A stretch of DNA of 64,000 bases from an uncultured Verrucomicrobiae bacterium (GTDB taxonomy: Bacteria > Verrucomicrobiota > Verrucomicrobiia > Chthoniobacterales > UBA10450). A model generated the notes under the pieces. It saw nothing but the letters and a program-made list of their open reading frames with translations. It did no database searches and was not told the origin of the DNA. The stretch is from the NCBI GenBank assembly GCA_963756875.1, contig CAVWPA010000003.1, forward strand, positions 800,001 to 864,000, given 5' to 3'. Every line of letters starts with the position of its first letter. Position 1 is the first letter of the stretch. Positions 58,385 to 64,000 of this stretch are shown in pieces. A program made the translations under genes and the position numbers.

Positions 58385-59206
58385 ATGACCGACAAGAACA
58401 CGACGCTTGTTCCGGAAGAAGGCTGGCATTGTTTGCATCTTTTCTACCGCATCGAGCATGGGCAATGGCAATTGTTCAGCCGCGAAGAGCAGAATGCGGC
58501 AAAAACGAACCTGGCAAAACTCGTCCAGGAAATTCGCGCTCTGGACTCCACGCAGCTGCTCACGCTCAGCGTGGTGACGCCGAAGGCCGACCTCGGTTTC
58601 ATGCTGATCACTCCCGATTTGCAAAGCGCCAACAGGATTGAGAAGCAATTATTGACTTCGCTGGGACCGGACGTGCTGACACCGGTTTACAGCTATCTCT
58701 CGCTCACCGAAGAAAGCGAGTACATCACGACGGAGGCCGAATACGCGGACACCCTCGCGAAGGAACAAAATATCGCGCCCGATTCGCCCAAGTTCGCCGA
58801 GGCAATGAACGCGTTTCGCGAGCGAATCAAACATTACAGGCAGGAGCGCGTTTATCCGACACTGCCGGACTGGCCGGTCGTCTGTTTCTATAACATGAGC
58901 AAGCGCCGCGGCGAGCAGCGGAATTGGTACGCGCTTCCGTATGATGAGCGACGCCGCCTGATGAAAGGGCACGCCTCCGTCGGCCGCCAGTTCGCCGGGA
59001 AGGTGAAACAGCTTATCACCGGGTCGACCGGACTCGACGATGCCGAGTGGGGCGTCACGCTTTTCTCGCGCGACACTTTTCAGATCAAGGCGATCGTTTA
59101 CCAAATGCGCTTCGATCCGGTGAGCGCTGAGTATGCCGACTTTGGTGAATTCTTCATCGGCATTCAACTGCCGCTGGACGAATTGTTCCGGCGATTGCAA
59201 CTGTAA
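58385..59206 (+). CDS. chdC: Coproheme decarboxylase / chlorite dismutase family (HemQ/ChdC)
   Basis: EGWHCLH, KADL, SLTEESEY, CFYNMSKRR, NWY.LP, GSTGLDDAEWGVTLF, MRFD. Confidence 0.88.
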   Translation: MTDKNTTLVPEEGWHCLHLFYRIEHGQWQLFSREEQNAAKTNLAKLVQEIRALDSTQLLTLSVVTPKADLGFMLITPDLQSANRIEKQLLTSLGPDVLTPVYSYLSLTEESEYITTEAEYADTLAKEQNIAPDSPKFAEAMNAFRERIKHYRQERVYPTLPDWPVVCFYNMSKRRGEQRNWYALPYDERRRLMKGHASVGRQFAGKVKQLITGSTGLDDAEWGVTLFSRDTFQIKAIVYQMRFDPVSAEYADFGEFFIGIQLPLDELFRRLQL

Positions 59207-59217
59207 GCGCTTTTTTC

Positions 59218-59287
59218 TGTAGCGGCGGTCTATGACCGTCGCATGATTTTTCCGCAACAAGTGCGACGGTCGCAGATCGCGGCTACA
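59218..59287. repeat. GTAG REP-like doublet
   Basis: TGTA-GCGGCGGTC-TAT-GACCGTCGC...GCGACGGTC-GCA-GATCGCGGC-TACA. Confidence 0.85.
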
Positions 59288-59298
59288 GAACAAAAACG

Positions 59299-59383
59299 GG
59301 ATGGGTGACAGAGCGGTCTATTGTGCACGCCTGGAAAGCGTGTGTGCCGAAAGGCACCGGGGGTTCGAATCCCCCCCCATCCG
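59299..59383 (+). tRNA. tRNA-Ser(GGA), CCA not encoded
   Basis: Acceptor GGATGGG/CCCATCC, anticodon arm CACGC-CTGGAAA-GCGTG, long variable arm, GGTTCGAATCC, discriminator G followed by CCG. Confidence 0.96.
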
Positions 59384-59548
59384 CCGGATCCCAAATTTGT
59401 TTCTCTCGTGCGCGTGATCTGGCCCATTTCGTGGCAGTACTGGAGATTCGAACGCCGTTCGACTGGCGGGGCGCGTTACGCGCGAGGGTCAAAAGCGAAG
59501 CTCTAACTCCAGAGCCAAAGCGCAGCTTTGGATAATCCCCGGGGACGC

Positions 59549-59630
59549 TGTAGACACCGACCTCTCGGGAGACGCCGCGCGCGATCTTAATTACGATCAG
59601 TACCGCGTTTCGCAGAGCCAAACGTCTACA
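59549..59630. repeat. Degenerate GTAG REP-like doublet
   Basis: TGTAGAC...GTCTACA termini with decayed internal stems. Confidence 0.55.
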
Positions 59631-59669
59631 CCAGCATGGCGCCGTGCTCCTGCGCGGCCCCGCTTCGAT

Positions 59670-60359
59670 TTACCTCGCCAGATCTGGTCGTCGCTCCAAA
59701 ATTTGAAGCGCCTGGCGTAATTTAACAATGCTGCCTTCGGGCAACACGCCGCGAAAATTCACGGTGGGGTAAACGATGCAATCGCGGCCCAAAACCGAGC
59801 CCGGATTAATCACCGCGTTGCAACCGATTTCAGTCCGATCACCAACGATCGCGCCGAACTTCGTGAGGCCGGTTGCGATCGGGCCGTCGGCGGCCGTGAC
59901 CGAAATTTCGCGATGATCAAGTTTCACATTCGACAGAATAACGCCCGCACCGAGATGAGAGTGGTGACCGAGGATCGAGTCGCCGACGTAGTTGAAATGA
60001 GGCACCTGCGCTTCGTCAAAAACGATGCAGTTTTTGAACTCGCACGAGTTTCCCATTACCACGCGGTTCCCAACGATGACATTTTCCCGCACATAGCAAC
60101 CGCTCCGGATGTGACAATTCTCGCCGATCCACGCGGGCCCTTTTAAAATCGCTCCCTGTTCGACAATGGTGCCGCGTCCGATAAAAACGCGGTCGCTAAT
60201 AAAAGGTTTACCCATCACCTCGCCGAGCAGCCCGGGTTTCAAACGAAATTGCAGGTAGCTGGCGATTTGTTTGAGCGCGTTCCAAACATATTTTTGGTTC
60301 TCGAACAATTTCGGATGGGCCGTGTGTTCGAGGTCGAGAAGATCGGCGGGCGCAAACAT
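59670..60359 (-). CDS. LbH GlmU C-terminal-like acetyltransferase
   Basis: Hexapeptide repeats, PHFNYVGDSILG, HLGAG, KFGAIVGD. Confidence 0.85.
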   Translation of the reverse strand: MFAPADLLDLEHTAHPKLFENQKYVWNALKQIASYLQFRLKPGLLGEVMGKPFISDRVFIGRGTIVEQGAILKGPAWIGENCHIRSGCYVRENVIVGNRVVMGNSCEFKNCIVFDEAQVPHFNYVGDSILGHHSHLGAGVILSNVKLDHREISVTAADGPIATGLTKFGAIVGDRTEIGCNAVINPGSVLGRDCIVYPTVNFRGVLPEGSIVKLRQALQILERRPDLAR

Positions 60360-60407
60360 TTTCAGCGCTCAAGATGACGAATCACTCCCCGGGTTGCGAG
60401 CGCAAAC

Positions 60408-60548
60408 TCCGGGGAGCACAGGCTGCCAGCCTGTGGTTGCCGGCGGCCCGGCAGGCAACGCCTTCGCTCACGCAATTCCGAAGCAACGCCGTTTCCCGGT
60501 CCCGGCAAGCTGCCGAGACCCACAGGCTGGCAGCCCGTGCTCCCCGGA
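60408..60548. repeat. GGAG REP-like / MITE inverted repeat
   Basis: 29 bp arms TCCGGGGAGCACAGGCTGCCAGCCTGTGG, 28/29 complementary, abutting the cysS stop. Confidence 0.85.
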
Positions 60549-61964
60549 TCACTCTGCGCCTCGCGGGGTGACTTTTTGTCCATCCTTTGTGTCGCGCACT
60601 TCCCATCCCAGCGCATTCAATCTCTTGCGCAATTCGTCGCTTTTCTTGAAATCCTTTGCAAGCCTGGCTTGCATACGTGCTTCTGCCAATGCGACGATTT
60701 CATCGGGAATCCTGCTCTTCGTAGTAGTGAGGTCTAGTACACGATCAATGCGTGCCCACCACTGCAGCCACCGATGAGCGGCGGAAGCGGTCAAGGTGCC
60801 TGCGTCAAGCGCCTGATTGCTCTCGCGAATTGCATCGTAGAGAACCGCGAGAGCTGCAGAAATATTTAAATCATCGTCGAGCGCTTCTTCGAATTTTCCC
60901 GTCGGCGGTTGGACCGCCGATGGTTCAGTTTTTGCACTTTCTTGCTGTGACGTTGCTTCCAATCGCTCCAGCCAATCGTCGATCCGGCCCAACGATTCCC
61001 TGGCCTCTTTCATTCCGTCCCAGGTGAAATTGAGCTGTGTCCGGTAATGGACGCGCAGCAGCGCGTAACGCAGTTCGCGGCCGGTGTAGCCTTTTCCCAG
61101 AATATCCGGGACCGTATAAAAATTGCCCAGCGATTTGGACATCTTTTGACCATCGACCAAAAGGTGCGCGCAATGCAGCCAGTAGCGCACGAACTGTTTG
61201 CCGGTGCAGCTTTCGCTTTGCGCGATCTCCGCTTCGTGGTGCGGGAAAATGTTGTCCACGCCGCCGCAATGGATGTCGATTTGATCGCCGAGCAGCGCGG
61301 TCGCCATCGCGCTGCACTCGATGTGCCAGCCAGGACGACCGCGTCCCCATGGACTTTCCCATGCCACCTTGCCGTCTTCCTCGTCCCACGCCTTCCAGAG
61401 CGCAAAATCGCCGATATGCTCCTTGTCGTACTCGTCGTGCTTGACGCGCCCTGTCGATTGCAGCTGCGTGAGATCGAAGTGTGCGAGTTTTCCGTAGTCG
61501 GGAAATTTGTTGATTCGAAAATAGACTGACTTGTCGTCGGCTTGGTAAGCGAGTTCACGCGAGATCAGCTCGCCGATCATCAAGATCATTCTGTCGATGT
61601 AACGCTGGTCGGTCGCGGCGGGGAATTCATCCGCGCGTTCGATGCGCAAGGCTTTGAGGTCATCAAAGAACGCCTGTTTGAATTGCTCGGTGAATTTTGC
61701 GAGCGGAACGTCCGCCTCGCGTGCGCTGCGGATGGTCTTGTCGTCCACGTCGGTGATGTTCATGACGCGGTGCACTTTGTAGCCGCGCAGTTCCAGATGA
61801 CGCTGTAAAAGGTCTTCGAAGATGTAGGCGCGAAAATTTCCGATGTGGGCGCGGCTGTAAACGGTCGGGCCGCAAGTGTACATGTCGACCTCGCGGCCGG
61901 CGGGATCGCGAGGCCGAAACTCTTCGAGCTCGCGCGAGTAGGTGTTAAAAAATCGAAGAGCCAT
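60549..61964 (-). CDS. cysS: Cysteine--tRNA ligase
   Basis: YTCGPTVY, HIGN, GRPGWHIECS, FPHHEAE, KMSKS. Confidence 0.98.
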   Translation of the reverse strand: MALRFFNTYSRELEEFRPRDPAGREVDMYTCGPTVYSRAHIGNFRAYIFEDLLQRHLELRGYKVHRVMNITDVDDKTIRSAREADVPLAKFTEQFKQAFFDDLKALRIERADEFPAATDQRYIDRMILMIGELISRELAYQADDKSVYFRINKFPDYGKLAHFDLTQLQSTGRVKHDEYDKEHIGDFALWKAWDEEDGKVAWESPWGRGRPGWHIECSAMATALLGDQIDIHCGGVDNIFPHHEAEIAQSESCTGKQFVRYWLHCAHLLVDGQKMSKSLGNFYTVPDILGKGYTGRELRYALLRVHYRTQLNFTWDGMKEARESLGRIDDWLERLEATSQQESAKTEPSAVQPPTGKFEEALDDDLNISAALAVLYDAIRESNQALDAGTLTASAAHRWLQWWARIDRVLDLTTTKSRIPDEIVALAEARMQARLAKDFKKSDELRKRLNALGWEVRDTKDGQKVTPRGAE

Positions 61965-61968
61965 TCTT

Positions 61969-62057
61969 AGTGGAGTGTTGGAGTAGTTGGAGCAGTGGGG
62001 TAGTGAAAGGATCGAGCGGCGAAGCGCAATCATCACTCCATTGCTCCGCTATTCCAT
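61969..62057. repeat. Inverted 8-mer tandem array between ispF and cysS
   Basis: GGAGTGTT GGAGTAGTT GGAGCAGT GGGGTAGT versus CATCACTC CATTGCTC CGCTATTC. Confidence 0.7.
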
Positions 62058-62525
62058 TTCGACAGTCGCCACCGCCATCGCGGCGATCCCTTCATTCCGG
62101 CCGATCGCTCCGAGGCGCTCATTTGTTGTCGCCTTGATGCTGATGTTTGATTCAGAGATTCCGAGCGCGCCACCAATTGTCTTTTGCATGGCTGAAATGT
62201 GCGGCGCAATCTTTGGCGCTTCTGCAATGATTGTCGCATCAATATTGACCACGCTCGCCTTTTTCTCCGCGAGCAATTTCGTTACGCGCTTGAGAATTTC
62301 GACGCTGCTGATGCCGCGAATCGATTGATCGGTGTTTGGAAAGTGCTGGCCAATGTCGCCCGCGCCGATCGCTCCCAGAAGAGCGTCTGCGATTGCGTGC
62401 AACAGTACATCCGCATCCGAATGTCCCACCAGACCGCGCGAGTGTGGGATCGTTACCCCGCCGAGAATCAATTGTCGATTCTCGGCGAGCCGATGAACGT
62501 CGTAACCTATGCCGGTTCGAAACAT
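62049..62525 (-). CDS. ispF: 2-C-methyl-D-erythritol 2,4-cyclodiphosphate synthase
   Basis: GIGYDVH, GHSDADVLLHA, GDIGQHFP, KATTNE. Confidence 0.97.
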   Translation of the reverse strand: MFRTGIGYDVHRLAENRQLILGGVTIPHSRGLVGHSDADVLLHAIADALLGAIGAGDIGQHFPNTDQSIRGISSVEILKRVTKLLAEKKASVVNIDATIIAEAPKIAPHISAMQKTIGGALGISESNISIKATTNERLGAIGRNEGIAAMAVATVEME

Positions 62526-62531
62526 GGAAAA

Positions 62532-62695
62532 AATGACGAATGACCCGCCTTCGCCAGGCTTCGGCGCGGCAGGCGAATAACGAATGACGAATGAATGACA
62601 AAATCCGAATGCCAAAAAGGAATTCTCGATCGCTCGTTCGTCATTTGAGCATTCGTGCTTCCTTCGTGCTTCGTCATTCGAATTTCGTCATTCAT
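62532..62695. repeat. Inverted 7-mer tandem array (ACGAATG / CATTCGT) between suhB and ispF
   Basis: AATGACG AATGAC..GAATAAC GAATGAC GAATGA versus CATTCGT GCTTCGT CATTCG..CGTCATTCAT. Confidence 0.8.
62545..62573 (+). mobile_element. Mini insertion element, copy 4
   Basis: CCGCCTTCGCCAGGCTTCGGCGCGGCAGG with C on both sides; removal restores the 7-mer register. Confidence 0.72.
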
Positions 62696-62700
62696 TGTCG

Positions 62701-63447
62701 TCAGAGCTTGAGATCGATCACACCGTTCGACGCGACAATACTGTATTTATCTTTCATCTTGTTCTGTGGCCGCAGATCCACGATGCCGCCCGCAGTTTCC
62801 ACCAGGATCCAGCCGGCGGCGATGTCCCACAAACTGATTCCGCGTTCGATATAAGCGTCGAAACGTCCGCACGCCACGTAGGCCATATCGAGCGCAGCGC
62901 TGCCCATCACGCGGCATTTGCGCACGCGATGAATCATTTCCTGTAGCAACGGAAGGTTTGAATCGATCATCTCTCCGGTCTTGGAAAGCCCGACCGAGAT
63001 CACCGCTTCAGCCGGATCGGCTCGCTCGCTGACATGAAAGGTTTGCCCATTTAAGCGCGGTTTTTCTCCTTTTTGTCCACTCCACATTTCTTCGCGCATC
63101 GGATCGTAAATTACGCCCACGATAATTTCACCCTGGAGCCGCAGCGCGATGGAAACGCAAAAATGAGGAATCCGGTAAAAATAATTTACGGTTCCATCCA
63201 GCGGATCGACCACCCACTGGTGTTCGCTTGACTGGTCGCCCACGATTCCTTCTTCGCCGTAAAGTGCGTGCTCGGGGAATTGTTTTAGAAGCGAGCGCGT
63301 GATGAGCTCCTGAGCTTTCACATCGAGATCGAGTTTGATATCGTGTGCCTCGGCAGCGTTGACACGCAGCGGGCGGTGAAAATTTTGCCGGAGCAGGTCG
63401 CCGGCCGCGCGAGCTGCCTTCTCTGCCGCGTTGAGATAGTGCTTCAT
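62701..63447 (-). CDS. suhB: Inositol monophosphatase family protein
   Basis: GEE, WVVDPLDGTVNY, GSAALDMAYVACGRFD, WDIAAG. Confidence 0.92.
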   Translation of the reverse strand: MKHYLNAAEKAARAAGDLLRQNFHRPLRVNAAEAHDIKLDLDVKAQELITRSLLKQFPEHALYGEEGIVGDQSSEHQWVVDPLDGTVNYFYRIPHFCVSIALRLQGEIIVGVIYDPMREEMWSGQKGEKPRLNGQTFHVSERADPAEAVISVGLSKTGEMIDSNLPLLQEMIHRVRKCRVMGSAALDMAYVACGRFDAYIERGISLWDIAAGWILVETAGGIVDLRPQNKMKDKYSIVASNGVIDLKL

Positions 63448-63610
63448 GGGACAGGGGATAAATAGAATTGCATCACGTCCCTGCCAAATGATTTAGACGT
63501 GCAGGGAATGGCACGGGCAGCCGCGCCCGGCGTTCATCTGCCATTTAGCACAGGACGCGTCTGTGCGACGGCACGAAGGCGCAGTCCGGCGACGGACGAT
63601 GCGTTCCTGC

Positions 63611-63649
63611 AAAAAAAACCGGGAGGAAAATAAATTCTCCTCCCGGGTT
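63611..63649 (-). terminator. Rho-independent terminator
   Basis: Minus strand CCGGGAGGA-loop-TCCTCCCGG followed by T8. Confidence 0.85.
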
Positions 63650-63707
63650 GAAGTTAGGGATTATGACTCTGAAAGAGAATTCAGAGTCGTGATCGAGCGT
63701 TGGGCCC

Positions 63708-63767
63708 TTAATGCCTCTTTCTCTTCGCTGATTTTTTCTTTGCTGCTTTCTTTCTTTTCTTTGCCAT
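63708..63767 (-). CDS. 19-aa Lys/Arg-rich micropeptide MAKKRKKAAKKKSAKRKRH
   Basis: ATG...TAA with AAAGGGGGG RBS 8 nt upstream, TTGACA promoter upstream, terminator downstream. Confidence 0.7.
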   Translation of the reverse strand: MAKKRKKAAKKKSAKRKRH

Positions 63768-63839
63768 CGACTATTCCCCCCTTTCAATCCGCAATTGCGG
63801 GGATGTGTGAAGAGTTGGGAATGACTTCACTTAATGCGT

Positions 63840-63867
63840 TCAGTAATCGTCACAAATTGTTTGTCAA
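63840..63867 (-). promoter_or_regulatory. Candidate sigma-70 promoter for the micropeptide
   Basis: Minus strand TTGACA-16 nt-TACTGA preceded by AT-rich tracts. Confidence 0.5.
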
Positions 63868-64000
63868 ACATTTTTCGCGCATGTTTGTAAAAATTTTTAT
63901 GAGCTCGCGCGCGATCTTTTTTTTGGGCGCGCGTGAAATTCTTTTGTTTTCACCGCTTCGGAAGAAAATCGTAACTTCATTTTCGTCGCTTTCCATTCCG

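Noticed and set aside
59299..59669. Integrative element at tRNA-Ser
   Set aside because: No integrase and no full direct repeat of the tRNA 3' end in the window.
63545..63787. 80 aa ORF from the ORF track
   Set aside because: Runs through a terminator and overlaps the RBS of the better-supported 19 aa ORF in another frame.
1..64000. CRISPR array, prophage or intact IS transposase
   Set aside because: No regularly spaced direct repeats with unique spacers, and no cas, phage or full-length transposase ORFs seen.

Overview
Bacterial chromosomal segment of moderately high GC. Gene content and style suggest Verrucomicrobiota, Chthoniobacterales-like; this is inference, not a database result. It is mostly core genes: ileS-lspA, a CCA-adding enzyme, glgA, gcvP/H/T, ppdK, rnr, folP-cdaA, rodA, scpA, xseB-dxs, chdC, tRNA-Ser(GGA) and suhB-ispF-cysS. 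A ~25 kb Wzx/Wzy-type exopolysaccharide locus (about 13.7-39.2 kb) holds an outer-membrane barrel, Wza, Wzc, a flippase, about 11 glycosyltransferases, two acetyltransferases, WcaJ and an O-antigen-ligase/TPR protein. I found no CRISPR array, prophage or intact transposase. The most unusual signal is a layered set of very small repeats. (1) Several GTAG/GGAG REP-like hairpin doublets, one intact inside the RNase R reading frame, with relics in ileS and a glycosyltransferase. (2) A 29-40 bp element (CCGCC...GGCGYGRCRNG) found four times, each flanked by the same base on both sides; three copies interrupt another repeat that is restored when the element is removed. (3) Inverted 7-mer and 8-mer tandem arrays at gene junctions. 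(4) A 110 bp MITE whose right end supplies an in-frame ATG to a glycosyltransferase. (5) A C-terminal relic of a probable REP-associated Y1 transposase. Also notable are an uncalled 19-aa Lys/Arg-rich micro-ORF with its own promoter, RBS and terminator, and a 53-aa CdaR-like anchor peptide overlapping cdaA in another frame.
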